Below are positions 1 to 11,083 of a DNA stretch of 64,000 nt, piece after piece (positions within the stretch are counted from its first letter, which is position 1; each line of letters opens with the position of its first letter). A program made the translations under genes and the position numbers. The notes under the pieces are model-generated. The model was not told the origin of the DNA and did no database searches. It was given only the letters and a program-made list of their open reading frames with translations. The stretch lies in IMG/VR virus record IMGVR_UViG_3300025018_000135; one strand, given 5' to 3'. This DNA comes from an uncultured virus (IMG/VR IMGVR_UViG_3300025018_000135) (lineage: Duplodnaviria > Heunggongvirae > Uroviricota > Caudoviricetes).

Positions 1-602
1 GAAATGATCTCCACATAAGATGAATCAATACCTCTACCTCCATCTACAGGAATAAACTTTCTACCAAAGTAGGTTGTAAAGTTCCAACAGTGTCCACAAT
101 CGTCTAACACTACAAAATTTCTTATCTTGTGTTTATTTACGAACTTTAAAATTGATCTTGCTCGGCTTTCACTTCCACCTGTAGACTCTGTAATACCTAC
201 TGCATTTATGTTGTACCTTGTTCTAAACTGCATAAGCCGAATCTTGTCAACTTCGGTTCTTTTCATACTCATTATGTAGTCTAAACTTTCTATTATGTCT
301 TTCGTAGGTATAGCGTCTTCATAAAAAAGACCAGTGCCATGAAACCAAGAACTAATAATTACAGTTCTTGCGTTCATTTGTTTTTGTATGTCTAAATATA
401 TTTTCAAAAGTCGAGTATCAATAAAATCATACGTTCCAGTTCCGCAGCTATTAAATACACGATGGAAGGGTTCGCTGTCTTCTGGATTCTGGTTATTCAA
501 GACTCCATCAATGTCTAGAAAAATGTAAGGCCGAAAGTCTCCAACATATTTTCTAAATAGTCTAGCTATAGCAAGTTTTAGTTTTACCAAATAAAATTTC
601 AT
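1..602 (-). CDS. HAD-superfamily (HAD_SAK_2-like) phosphatase, 3' end truncated by window edge
   Basis: Not in the ORF track. Manual translation from ATG at 602 gives MKFYLVK...YIFLDIDGVLN...VIISSW...FVVLDD (HAD motifs I, II, IV), open to the window start. Confidence 0.75.
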   Translation of the reverse strand, partial: MKFYLVKLKLAIARLFRKYVGDFRPYIFLDIDGVLNNQNPEDSEPFHRVFNSCGTGTYDFIDTRLLKIYLDIQKQMNARTVIISSWFHGTGLFYEDAIPTKDIIESLDYIMSMKRTEVDKIRLMQFRTRYNINAVGITESTGGSESRARSILKFVNKHKIRNFVVLDDCGHCWNFTTYFGRKFIPVDGGRGIDSSYVEII

Positions 603-604
603 TT

Positions 605-1033
605 TCACCCCGTCAGTTCGGCGTCGTCCACCATTTTACACAACATTTGTTTAATGAAGTCTTTACTCATTCCTTCGTTGTCTATTTTACAGATTCCATT
701 CTCGTTTTCGGTACTAAAAACAAAACGCCCGAAGCCTATCCCGCTTTGTGCCCATATAAACTCGATACTTTTTATAGGACAACAACGACTTTGAACACTT
801 TTTGGTGTATTGCTTTTTTCTTCTGTGCTTGAAAACCCTCCAGTTAAGTTTCCTGAACTTATCTCACTATCCCAGAAATAAGCAAATGGGCTTTTGCTTC
901 TACTATTTGAAGGACATTTTTTACAAAACCAGTCACCTGCTTTTATTGCGTCAAACTGTTCTTCGTTTAAAGGGGAATTAGAACCCCGTCGTACTTTTTC
1001 TAAAGGGTTTCTGCATTGAGGACAATTAGGCAT
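605..1033 (-). CDS. Hypothetical protein with N-terminal zinc ribbon
   Basis: CPQC...CKKC; tightly packed in a minus-strand gene run. Confidence 0.55.
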   Translation of the reverse strand: MPNCPQCRNPLEKVRRGSNSPLNEEQFDAIKAGDWFCKKCPSNSRSKSPFAYFWDSEISSGNLTGGFSSTEEKSNTPKSVQSRCCPIKSIEFIWAQSGIGFGRFVFSTENENGICKIDNEGMSKDFIKQMLCKMVDDAELTG

Positions 1034-1307
1034 CTTAGTCTCCGATTAATTTAGAATGCTTCAGAATTCTTTTGTAGAAAAAATCGACTTCTTTCTTATC
1101 AAAGATTTTTTCTAGAACTGTTCTGTCTGTCTCCGTTAACAGCTTACTCTTATTCGTTTCTATTATTTTTTCTATAGCTTCTAAACATGTTATAGGTTTT
1201 AGATAAGTCCGCACGTTAGGATACACCTTACCCGGCCTGTAAATTCTTCCTTTTTGCTGATAGTACTCCGTAACTTCAATATCTTTATCTGAGTTGCTGT
1301 CCATAAG

Positions 1308-2027
1308 TCACCTTTGCTTAGTTGGCTGTTTCTTGAAAGACCGATCATCAAATCCTTTTGCGTCTCTCATATCTACGTCTGAAATTTTTTCCATTTCATT
1401 TTCTTTTCTTGTAGACAATACACCATCAAGATACATATAAATTTCTTGGTATGCTGTGTAAGGATCAACTGCTGCCATAAAACTCAAGTCTTTTAGGCAA
1501 GGATTAACTACAATCTTAATAGGTTCCGCACTTTGTACTTTGGAAATCTTAATATGCAAAATAGGAGACTTGTATTTTCTATGGTACTCTGAGAAATCCT
1601 TTTTTGTAATTTCTAGCGCTTCCAAATACTTCTTAGTCCACTCGTTTCGTTTCCTACGAAAACGTTTTCGCATTACAGGTTGGGGCTTTTCTTCACCTCC
1701 GCAAGATGACTCTAAATCGTTAAACGAACTCGGAAAGAAATGTTCAGTGCGTCCTGCAATAGTATCTTGTATATATTTGTTTATGCAGAGATATACTTTT
1801 CCACAAAATAGAACGTAGGAAACGTAGTAGGTCACTTTAAAACGTTTTTCTTTTGTTTCTTCCCAACCGTGCCTAACAAAATGTGAGTTGAAAACTTTCC
1901 AAAGAAATTCATCAAAGTTTTCTTTTTCAACAATGAATTCTTCTTCTTTTCTTTTATACGTAATGCTTTTGTCAATTACGGTTTGAACTTTGTCGTAGTA
2001 GTCGAAGAAATCTGAGATAATGAGCAT
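1308..2027 (-). CDS. Hypothetical phage protein
   Basis: 239-aa ORF with an AGGAGG Shine-Dalgarno site upstream. Confidence 0.6.
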   Translation of the reverse strand: MLIISDFFDYYDKVQTVIDKSITYKRKEEEFIVEKENFDEFLWKVFNSHFVRHGWEETKEKRFKVTYYVSYVLFCGKVYLCINKYIQDTIAGRTEHFFPSSFNDLESSCGGEEKPQPVMRKRFRRKRNEWTKKYLEALEITKKDFSEYHRKYKSPILHIKISKVQSAEPIKIVVNPCLKDLSFMAAVDPYTAYQEIYMYLDGVLSTRKENEMEKISDVDMRDAKGFDDRSFKKQPTKQR

Positions 2028-3944
2028 TCTTCCTCCTTAACACCTATGCTGTATCTAGCTGCTTGTTGCTGCAAACTAATTTTGGTAATAAAATTTAAGT
2101 ATTCGTTTTTCTTTTCCATAACTTTATGAGCCAGTAAAACCATTCCATTACTGCCTGTCCTAATAAGAAATTCTTTGTCTAGTACAAAACCTTTAGCTTC
2201 TGTTACGTTAAATCTATCCTCCATAATGTCTATGATAAAGTACTCTGTTACGTCAGGCTTACACAAAATACCTTTTGAGGATATTATAGAACCGTATTCA
2301 AAGGTAACAGCGTAATCTGAAACTTTGTAAAAACGGGTTTGTTCTGGGAAATCTTCAAAATTTCTTTCTATTCTTTCTCTTCCTGTACATTCCCAATCGT
2401 CAAGTTCTTCGTCTGGTAACAAACGTATAAAAGCAACGGTTCGCTCGTCAATGGCCTTCCCTTCTTCAGGGTGAAATGAATCTGCGTTGGGATAACATTT
2501 TTTGTATTCTTTTCCATCTTTAGTCCTCACATCGTAACACTCTTTAAAACGACTTCCGTCATAGGGAATCCACAAGCCTACCTCATACATTGAATGGTTA
2601 ATCATTTTTCGTCTCCTTAAAAAGTCCTGACCCAAATTGAGAACATAGACAAGATTATTGCAATACATACAGACTGAAAGATTCTCGCCCACATACTTTG
2701 TAAGTACAATAGCGCAATAAATATTATAATAGTTCCCGGTATAGTTGCAAAAAAGAAACCCTGTTTTATTGACGGGTGCAGATGTTGAGAGAAAAGGTAC
2801 ATTGGCAGAGTGTAACAAGCTAACGCAAGAATAAGTGTAAATATCACTTTAATAATACCTAAGTTAACAGAGTAGATAGTCTTTACTAACGGGCCTTTTC
2901 CTTTGTCCCTGTTTCGACAAGCTTCTGCAAGTATTTCTTGCGACACTTGAACTTCCATTGCCGTTGTATAAAAGCCAAGTGTCAAGAGTTGAGTCAAGTT
3001 GTCTACAATACCAACAACGGCTTGTAAAATTCTCATAAGATGAATTTTCAAAGTTGGGTTACGAAGCCTCTCAATATAAATTTTCATGTTAGCCTCTGTG
3101 TTCTGGTACGTATTGAATTACAGGAATACATTCATCTGATCTAGGAATAACAAATTCACACTCTGTTTTTAACTCTAGGTGCTGTAGATAAAGTTTTTCT
3201 GTTACTTTCAATCTTCCGTGCATCACTATTACCATAACAAAAATGCTACCAAAGATGAAAATACCAAGACCTACAAGAGGCCCGTAGTTTTTAGTGTCGG
3301 GGCTGCGAAACGCAACAGCCATATAAATAATAAACAAAACTATAATTAGTACCAAAGCACTGTCACCTAAGTCTACAAAAGTCATTTTTAGTTCCCCATG
3401 TTTCCGGCTAGTTTATTTAGAAAAGGTAGAATAACAAATTCCAGAGCGTTTTGTTTTTGTATATGTTGACGCACTACTTCTTCTTTCGTTATGTGTTCAG
3501 ATTCAGGCTTTCCTGCGTTGTAACAATTAAGAGTCCATTCCATTAAAAATTTATTCGTTTCTTCGCCTTCCGTTAGCAGTCTACTTATGTGAATAGTTTT
3601 TAAGCTAACTATATTTTCTCTAGCGTTTAAAACAACTTCTAGCTTGAAGTCGTTTTTTGTTTCATACATTGCAGAAACTAGCATGTTTAAGTGTTCTAGC
3701 CTTCGCATCAAGGCATGTTCAAGGCTACTAAGTCGTTTTGTGAATAACATAATGCTTTCCTACTCAATCCTAGTTATTATTCTAAAATCAGTTTCTACGC
3801 TTTCCCCCAACTTCAAAGTTAAAACGCGGTCATTCCAAAACCAACGAGTATCCATAGTGCTTCCTTTAATCGTATTTTCACTAGTTAACCAAGAAGGTGC
3901 ATCGGACTCTGAAAAAATTTCTACATCTCTAAAACTTTTATGTG

Positions 3945-4325
3945 TCATTTTGAAACGCATAGTATCCCCTCTACAATATGTTGAAAATACATATTCCAGT
4001 ATTCAGTCGTAAGATATTCTTTACACTCTTCTGCAAAAGTTTTAGACTGGCGATATGGATAAAACCAATAATTCTCCTTTAATGAACAATAGGCCCCATC
4101 GTTTTCTCGTCTAACTCTCTTATACCACATAATACTAGGTGACTCAGCATTCCATGCGTAGGGCATATCCTTATCTAAAATTTCAATTAGAATACAATTA
4201 GAACCAATTTTCAAAATCTTTGCTTTTACTGCCCGCCCAATTTTTCCGTCGTCAAAAACATTTACTAAGTCCCCAACTTTAGGTCGATACTTAACACTAA
4301 GTTTTTTCAAGAGTTCTTTTTTCAT
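3945..4325 (-). CDS. Hypothetical protein (true start MKKELL at 4325)
   Basis: The track ORF extends through the tRNA; the first ATG downstream of the tRNA CCA end is at 4325. Confidence 0.55.
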   Translation of the reverse strand: MKKELLKKLSVKYRPKVGDLVNVFDDGKIGRAVKAKILKIGSNCILIEILDKDMPYAWNAESPSIMWYKRVRRENDGAYCSLKENYWFYPYRQSKTFAEECKEYLTTEYWNMYFQHIVEGILCVSK

Positions 4326-4342
4326 AATAGGCTCAAAATAAA

Positions 4343-4427
4343 TGGTGCGAACGGCGGGACTCGAACCCGCACACCTTTCGGCACTGGAACCTAAATCCAG
4401 AGTGTCTGCCAATTCCACCACGTTCGC
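4343..4427 (-). tRNA. tRNA-Leu, anticodon TAG
   Basis: GCGAACG acceptor stem pairs with CGTTCGC followed by ACCA. D-loop TGGCAGAC, anticodon arm CTGGA-TTTAGGT-TCCAG, long variable arm, T-loop GGTTCGAGTCC, encoded CCA. Confidence 0.96.
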
Positions 4428-4650
4428 TTTTGTTAACTTGGTTTATTTAGTTTACTTAAAATATTTTCAGTGATCTTTATTCTTTTATTTAGTCTCTCTA
4501 TAAAGTCTAAAGGAACTAGTGGAGTAAACTTACTCTTTTTACACGCTGTATCTAGCTTTGTCCAATCTTCGCATAGTCTATCAGACAATTCTTGCCTCAA
4601 TAAGGACACTTCCCCAGTTGTCAGCTCTACTTTCTTAGTCACATTATACC

Positions 4651-5106
4651 TCAGATAAAAATATCAAAGTCTTGAAGACGTTGCCTTACAAAAATATATT
4701 CCTGCGCGTACCGTTTTGCACGGTCTTCGTCTTTAGTCGTAATTCCTTTTATTCTGCTTAGATCGCTGTTGTGTTTAATATCACACGCTTTAACGATAGC
4801 AGACTCTACAGTAGAACAAGCACGTTTGATAAAGTCCTCTCGGGATTCTCCATCGCGTTTCGTTACATACTGAACTGTTCGCAAAACTTTCCAACCGAAC
4901 AAATCCATAATTTGTTTTCGTGTTACGTCTGTATCTTCAATTGTGTCGTGTAAAACAGCAGCGCATAAAACGTCTTCATCTTGTGTAATCAGCATTGCGA
5001 AATTCATTACAGCTAGACAGTGTAGAATGTAAGGCTTACCGCCTTTGTCGAGAACGTCTCTATGAGCTTCAGCAGCGAATGCAATTGCTCTTGATAGTTT
5101 TTTCAT
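4651..5106 (-). CDS. HD-domain (p)ppGpp hydrolase-like protein (Mesh1/SpoT-HD type small alarmone hydrolase)
   Basis: AIAFAAEAH...PYILH...AAVLHDTIEDT...VKACDIKHN matches SpoT/Mesh1 HD motifs. Confidence 0.85.
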   Translation of the reverse strand: MKKLSRAIAFAAEAHRDVLDKGGKPYILHCLAVMNFAMLITQDEDVLCAAVLHDTIEDTDVTRKQIMDLFGWKVLRTVQYVTKRDGESREDFIKRACSTVESAIVKACDIKHNSDLSRIKGITTKDEDRAKRYAQEYIFVRQRLQDFDIFI

Positions 5107-5378
5107 TTCTTTCTCCGTTTCTTTTTAATTTTCAAACCTGTCTTCTTAAATTCAAGGAAATCATTTTGTTCTAGCTTTACGTCTCTCACAGTATCTTTGA
5201 AAATATTCTCAGGCAAGGGCGGTAATGTATCTGTGTTTGTTTTTATAAGACGTTTTTCTTTGTCTTCTGGTACAACAACAGTTGCACCAACATTGGACTC
5301 AGAGAGAACTTTCGCTATAGCTCTCCCTACAGTAAGGCCGCTTCCTATTATTATCACTGTTGGTTTGTCTTTTTCCAT
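5103..5378 (-). CDS. Small basic protein with Rossmann-like N-terminal beta-alpha segment
   Basis: TVIIIGSGLTVGRAIAKVL; C-terminus KIKKKRRKK. Confidence 0.45.
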   Translation of the reverse strand: MEKDKPTVIIIGSGLTVGRAIAKVLSESNVGATVVVPEDKEKRLIKTNTDTLPPLPENIFKDTVRDVKLEQNDFLEFKKTGLKIKKKRRKK

Positions 5379-7394
5379 TTACTAGTCCTCAAAAACTTCG
5401 TCTGTACCTTTGGCATGGGTTTCTACACCAAGAAAATAATTGACGCGACGGGTCACTGTAGCTTTGGACGGAAAAGTAATTTTCTTTCTGCAAATAACAA
5501 AGCTAAAATTGGTTTTGAAAATATAAAGAGATTCTTTTTTTGCTGTCAGTACTCTTGAAGTAAGCTCAAGTTCTTTTTTTGAAACTACGGTTACTAAATG
5601 TGTAGGCATCTTATATTGCACAAAATCTTCTATAATGTCTAAAGGACTGCTCTGATTGTCAATAGCTTCGTCTAGCAAACTTTCTTTTGTAATGCTAAAC
5701 AGAATGTCATAAGTTTTTATAGGGCGATTCGTAAGAGTGAAAATAAACCTATCCAATTTCTGCTTCTTATAAGTTTTATTTACAGTTTTATCAATTTCAA
5801 CAAGTTGTTTTTGATCTTTAAAAGTCAATGAAAAAGTTTTATTTCGCGGATACTTAGGAACACGTTTCATTTTACAAGCTCCAATTTAAGAGAGTCTAGA
5901 GCGTCTTCTTTCGCTATATCATACAAGGCGTCAAGAAAATAGTTCAGTGACTTGACGGTATCTAGCTCCGTCCTTTTATCAAAGTGCATAACACACATAA
6001 CTGTGTTGCCTTCATACACTTTAACGTCGATGAACTGATGCCTTTTGGTATGTTTAACAATAACGTTATTTCTACCGCTCTTCCATTTTAGAAAAACATA
6101 GTCTCCTACTTTCTTGTTGGTAAATCCAATTTCAACGTTACTGCTGTCACAACGAATAAAGTCTTTAATCTGAATCGGAAAGTTTTCATTCATTAAATGC
6201 TTTAAAGTTTCTGTACTTTCGATAAGACGCGAAACTACAGACGCTGTATCAAGATTTTTTCTAATGAAAAGAGTCATTTCTTAACCCTCGTTACGCTCTT
6301 CTTTGTTTTCTTTCCTAGCTTTCATTTTACTTAACAAGTCAGCTCGAAAGTTTGACTCAATTTGCTGCTTTAATTCTAGATTTTCTTTAACCAAGGCAGT
6401 GTAGTGATCCACTATATTACAAGAAGATTTTGCAAGCTCTACTACAGAGTGTACTAAGCTTTCATAATGTTCAATTACGCTATTCAATTTTTTTAAGTCA
6501 TTTCCTACAGCTCCGTGCTGACGGATGTGCGCATCTAAAAGTTTTTTTACTTCAGAAACACTAAGTCGAGTTTTAGACCTAGATGAATTCGCTGCTTCAA
6601 TAACATTACGCACTTCTGTAATGTTCGCTTTTACTTGTTCTGTTATAGAAGGGATTCCCATTTCTAGTTCCTCAAATATACTTCAGGTCGTTAGTTTTAA
6701 TCTTACGGTAAACTTTTTTACAAACAACAATTTCTTCGTAGTATCTAGTGTAAGCTGCGTAGCGCACACGTTTGAATACGAAGAACTCAAAGAACGGGCT
6801 ATTGTGACAAAAAATATCTACCCCTTTTCTAGGACAGTAGCCGAACTGAATGCCGCTAATGTCCACGTAGTTAACTATCATTGAACGAATGATATCTAAT
6901 GGAGAAAAATTATTTCGCCAGCACTTTTCTTCTAGACTCGATTTCTTTACAGCTATTACTATTTTGTATTCGCAGACTTCTTCGTCTGGAAACCTTTTTA
7001 CAATTTCTTTGTGACCAATACCTTGCTTTATAAGTTTACCAAATTTTCTTCTTTGATTAGATTCAAACTGAGGACAAGCATAAGGCATAAAGGATTTAAG
7101 TTTCATTTTACGTTCTCCGGTTTTACTTCAAACACTCGAACAGGGTAATAGTGTCCACATATATTAATAGGTGCCTTAATAAAACGGTCTTCAACTTTTT
7201 TCCATTGGTATTGATAAGGTTCTACTCCGACAGGCGTGTAGAATACGTAACGAATTCCATCAGGACAATCCATGTTGTACTGAAGCATTTCATCATACTT
7301 GTTACTGTTAAAGATGACTCCTGTACCGCTAAGGAGGCCAAGTAAAATAATACCAATGCAGATATATTTTTCCATCTAGTAAACTCCAGTCGTG

Positions 7395-7431
7395 AAAAAA
7401 GGTAGACGGCGTTAACAATCCGTCTACCTTT
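7395..7431 (-). terminator. Rho-independent terminator after HU gene
   Basis: GGTAGACGG/CCGTCTACC stem followed by T6 on the minus strand. Confidence 0.8.
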
Positions 7432-7436
7432 AGTCA

Positions 7437-7916
7437 TTACATCATAGCTGCATCTTTCAATTTTTTCATTGGGCGAGCTTTTACCCGAGTCATTGCAGGC
7501 TTTGCTTTGAATACACAAGGCTCTTTAGTAAATGGGTTAATACCTTTCTTAGCCTTACGCGCCGGAATATCTTTCGTTACTACTTTCAGAACACCCGGCA
7601 GAGTAAATTCGCGCAGACCTTTTTTCATGACACTTCCAAGGATAACTTTTTCCAGCGCCATAATTACTTTGCGAACATCTTTCTTAGGTACGCCTGAAGT
7701 AAGTTCAAGGTATTCATTAAGCTGAGTCTTGGTGAACTTTTCTTTAATCGGCTTAATGTCAAGTGGCTTGCGTGTGCGCGCAGTAGCAACTTTAGTTTTG
7801 GTTGATTTCTTTTTACTACTGGTCTTTGCAACCTTGCTACTGGTTTTGCTAGACTTCTTTTTGGTTTTCTTTTCTACTTCATCTTTCTTGGATTTCTTGG
7901 ATTTAATCTTAGCCAT
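7437..7916 (-). CDS. HU/IHF-family DNA-binding protein with Lys/Ser-rich N-terminal extension
   Basis: FTKTQL...FTLPGVLKV...PARKAKKGINPFTKEPCVFKAKPA...VKARPMKKLKDA (HU arm signature). Confidence 0.9.
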   Translation of the reverse strand: MAKIKSKKSKKDEVEKKTKKKSSKTSSKVAKTSSKKKSTKTKVATARTRKPLDIKPIKEKFTKTQLNEYLELTSGVPKKDVRKVIMALEKVILGSVMKKGLREFTLPGVLKVVTKDIPARKAKKGINPFTKEPCVFKAKPAMTRVKARPMKKLKDAAMM

Positions 7917-8217
7917 GATGTATTTTCCTTATTAACGTTAATAAACAGGTAATTCTTGATACCCTATTAATTTACAGATTTCTTATTTTCCTTTTCCAGC
8001 AAGTCATGTAGTTCCATAAGGGCTGAATTAGTATCCTCAAAGTCTCCCAAGTCCCAAATAGCCCCTCGATTATTGCCATGAATATCAGTCTTACATATAC
8101 GCATAGGCAAATTCCCCTTTTCGTCTATATCCAGTGCAGCTTTAATAGCCTCTACTTTTGTAGGTTTATTAAGGCTTCTATTTACACCGTTTATAAAATA
8201 CCGCACTTCAAACATTT

Positions 8218-8442
8218 TCATCGTCTCCGTACATTTCGATTTTGTTCTTCTTCAAAGAAAGTCGCATGGCTTCCATTACAAAACAATTTTATTTCTCTTT
8301 CTGATTTTTTAAAAGGTTCTCCGCAATAATAGCACTCCCCTATAGGCTTTAGTTTAGGCTGTTCTGTCTTTAAGATTTTTTCTATAGACTGCTGTTGATG
8401 CTTTTGATTAATTTCGTCTGCCCGGTCTGCATCATCTGCCAT
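8218..8442 (-). CDS. TraR/DksA-like small zinc-finger protein
   Basis: N-terminal DDADRA (DxxDxA coiled-coil tip), then CYYC...FCNGSH zinc site; 74 aa, TraR-sized. Confidence 0.7.
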   Translation of the reverse strand: MADDADRADEINQKHQQQSIEKILKTEQPKLKPIGECYYCGEPFKKSEREIKLFCNGSHATFFEEEQNRNVRRR

Positions 8443-9376
8443 TACTGTATTCCTCGTTTTTAATTTTACAGAGCTTCGCGCAAAGTTCGTTAAGTAAACG
8501 CTCTGGTGTTATTTCAATACCATAATGGTAAAATTTAAATGTAACTCGGCTTCCGTAGTTGCCTGCACGTATTTCAAATTGACCGATACCATTCAACTTT
8601 CCGCCTTCTTTGTCGAAAACGTCAAGGACAATAGAACTGTTAGAGCTTTCTGAAAATACTTCTAAAGTATGTTTACCTTCAAACAATTGAAAGGACACTA
8701 CGTTTAAGCAATAAAAAATTGGACTTACCAAACTTTCAGCTCGCTCAAACCTGCCAATAAGTTTAGGACGCAAGTTATCCAGAAGCCTATAGAACCTATC
8801 TGCTATCTGTTCGTTTTTGTCCGACTTATCTTTAAATACCAAGTATACAACTATTAGTAATATAGAAGCTAACAGCGTCCACGTTAGTACTATCAAGTGC
8901 TCTATTTCCATTACAAAGCCTCTAAAGTGTCATTGCTAAGTTTTTTTATTTGCTCTAAGGAAGATTCTACTAAGTTTCTTGCTTCTAGTTCATTAAATTT
9001 TTCTCCTCTGTATTTTTCTGAGCTAACAGGTATCTCCATAATCCTGAACTTGTTTTTATTCGAGACTTTCATCTGAATCACGAACTTTCTATCTTTCTTG
9101 GTAACACTAACTCTTTCAAGTTGCCAATCACCTCTAATTTTAAGATTAAGCTCTACACAGTTAACAAGCATTGCCAGTATAGTCTGTAGGTGAAAAGGTA
9201 CTTTGTGCGCCCTACAATTGCTATACAACCTGACCATATTTTTAGATAAGAAAAAACTTCTTTTGAAGTCTTCGTCTGTTATTAAAAATACCAGTATTCC
9301 TAGTAGAGCTGTAGCAAATGCAAATACACTCATAATCAAAAGGAGTTCTTTCATAGAAGCTACCGTTTTAGTCAAG

Positions 9377-9625
9377 AAAAAACCGAGGGTGCGAACACCC
9401 CCGGCCTACAGTTTAGAGAAAACTAATTCTCACCTATTCATCGGAAAGTTTAAAAACTCAACGATTACACTTCGTTATACTGTAAGGTAACGAAGCCCAC
9501 GATTTGTTTTACAAAGGGTGGCCTCCGCTTTGCAAACAATTTTTCACTACCATGCCGAAGGCAACTCGGACTTTCTCAGAAAACGTGGGGGGTTCTGAGT
9601 TTTAAGTATGTTGCTACCGGGGCTA
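9377..9625 (-). ncRNA. Candidate structured non-coding RNA ending in an intrinsic terminator
   Basis: About 250-nt intergenic gap with several hairpins, end-to-end pairing, a possible pseudoknot, and a CCGGGGGTG-TTCG-CACCCTCGG-T6 terminator. Confidence 0.55.
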
Positions 9626-9628
9626 ACC

Positions 9629-10126
9629 TCACAACATACCTAAATCTTTTCGTTTGTCTCTATACCATTCAGGTGGTTTTCTTTTTGTCCAAGTAGCAAA
9701 CCTTGATTTGTCGTAACAATAAAAATTTTGATACGCCTTTATAGGGTCGGGTTCTCTAAATACCCAAGGCATACATTGCGCAAAAGGTGTTAGACCTATT
9801 CTTGTGTTGAAACAGTTTGCATACTCCCGAGTCGCAAACATGTGACACTTTGTTGTAGATAAGTTTTCCTTTCCTCTTCTGTGAATATATTCGTCACTCA
9901 AATGAAGAAACAATTCACTAAGGTACATAAAATTGTCTGAGGACTTTCTCGCCCATTTTGTAGCAGGATGATTTACGTGCGTTGGTTTATATGGAACTCC
10001 TATTCCTACCAGACTTAAATTAGTACAAATTATTTGAGCATACTCTACTACCATCTTTTTTACATGCTCGTCACAGTGGCTAATAGCTGCACGTTTCGTA
10101 GAAAAAGATAGAACGAAAATATTCAT
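9629..10126 (-). CDS. Pyrimidine-dimer DNA glycosylase / endonuclease V-like protein
   Basis: MNIFVL...HCDEHVKKMVVEYAQ...YKPTHVNHPATKWAR...EY..R signature of the Pyr_excise-like family. Confidence 0.8.
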   Translation of the reverse strand: MNIFVLSFSTKRAAISHCDEHVKKMVVEYAQIICTNLSLVGIGVPYKPTHVNHPATKWARKSSDNFMYLSELFLHLSDEYIHRRGKENLSTTKCHMFATREYANCFNTRIGLTPFAQCMPWVFREPDPIKAYQNFYCYDKSRFATWTKRKPPEWYRDKRKDLGML

Positions 10127-10310
10127 AACATATTATCAGTAATGTCTATGTCAATGTTCTGTCCGTTAGGGCATCTTATTTGCACAACTGTTGTCAGTTT
10201 GTCTTCTGTGAAAAAAGATAGTGTTCTGATTGCCAGAGCCTGACTTTCAGCGAGTTTTTCTGCATCAATCTTAATCCCGACTGAAGGTATAATCCCAATG
10301 CGTTGTTTCA

Positions 10311-10727
10311 TTATACTTCCTCTCGAATTCCGGGTTTGATTCTACCTGTACGCACAATCAAGTCTTGTTGCTGCATAGAGTTTCTTTCTGCTTCTAAAAC
10401 AGCTTTCTTTTTAGCTACCACATACAATTGAGTAGCGTACTTTGGAATTCTTTGAGTTAAATGTGAGAGTTCAAACAGACTAAGTTTGTTATTTTCTAAA
10501 TATTTCTTAGCAAGTGCATTCAGTACAGGAGAGTCTATCCGGTTAAAACCAATTCTGTCATGACCTGCTGCATGGCCTGTTTCTTTTTCTATTTCGTTTT
10601 GAGCGTCGTACAAAACTAAGAGTCCTTTCAGTGCCCACTCTCTGTTTTCGGAAAGCTTTTGTTTTAAAAACTTTACGTATTCTTTTTTCGTAGTCTTTAG
10701 AACATTTGGAAAAGTTGGAGCGTTCAT
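10311..10727 (-). CDS. Hypothetical phage protein
   Basis: GGAGG Shine-Dalgarno site; 138 aa. Confidence 0.55.
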   Translation of the reverse strand: MNAPTFPNVLKTTKKEYVKFLKQKLSENREWALKGLLVLYDAQNEIEKETGHAAGHDRIGFNRIDSPVLNALAKKYLENNKLSLFELSHLTQRIPKYATQLYVVAKKKAVLEAERNSMQQQDLIVRTGRIKPGIREEV

Positions 10728-10735
10728 ATAACCTC

Positions 10736-11083
10736 CTACAAATCTTCTGGTTTTTCTAATGTCAGTTTGTTTATTTCTGATCCGACTTTAAAGTATATGT
10801 CAACCCGTGGCCATCCTGTAGACCTGTCTACGTAATTTGGAGGATTGTTTGTTTCGTCACATATTACTTCAAAGGTATCCCAAGCTTCATTGCTCTTACC
10901 TACTCTGCAATGGTAATTTAACGTATCCAAAAACTTCTTACGTAAAACGGAATCATTGGTACTGCCAGTATTATTTAATACCAATAGACAATAACTAGAA
11001 TTTAACTGAGCCACTGATTGTGTTGTAGCTAGAAATTTACGTTGTTCGTCCGTAAGCATGTTACCCTCACTTTTTTCTTCCAA
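10736..11083 (-). CDS. Stand-alone protein resembling the tail-sheath C-terminal domain
   Basis: NDSVLR...FEVICDETNNPPNYVDR...VDIYFK...EINKLTL resembles the T4 gp18-type C-terminal motif (ND..TR...V.CD.TNN.P..ID). Confidence 0.55.
   Translation of the reverse strand: MEEKSEGNMLTDEQRKFLATTQSVAQLNSSYCLLVLNNTGSTNDSVLRKKFLDTLNYHCRVGKSNEAWDTFEVICDETNNPPNYVDRSTGWPRVDIYFKVGSEINKLTLEKPEDL

Noticed and set aside
4326..4421. N-terminal extension of ORF 3945-4421 (MVELADTLDLGSSAERCAGSSP)
   Set aside because: It is the translation of the tRNA-Leu gene; the real start is at 4325.
9377..9625. Assignment as tmRNA or RNase P RNA
   Set aside because: No tRNA-like ends or tag ORF; only a partial GAAAGTCC match, and the other RNase P conserved regions are not evident. 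Kept as an unassigned ncRNA.
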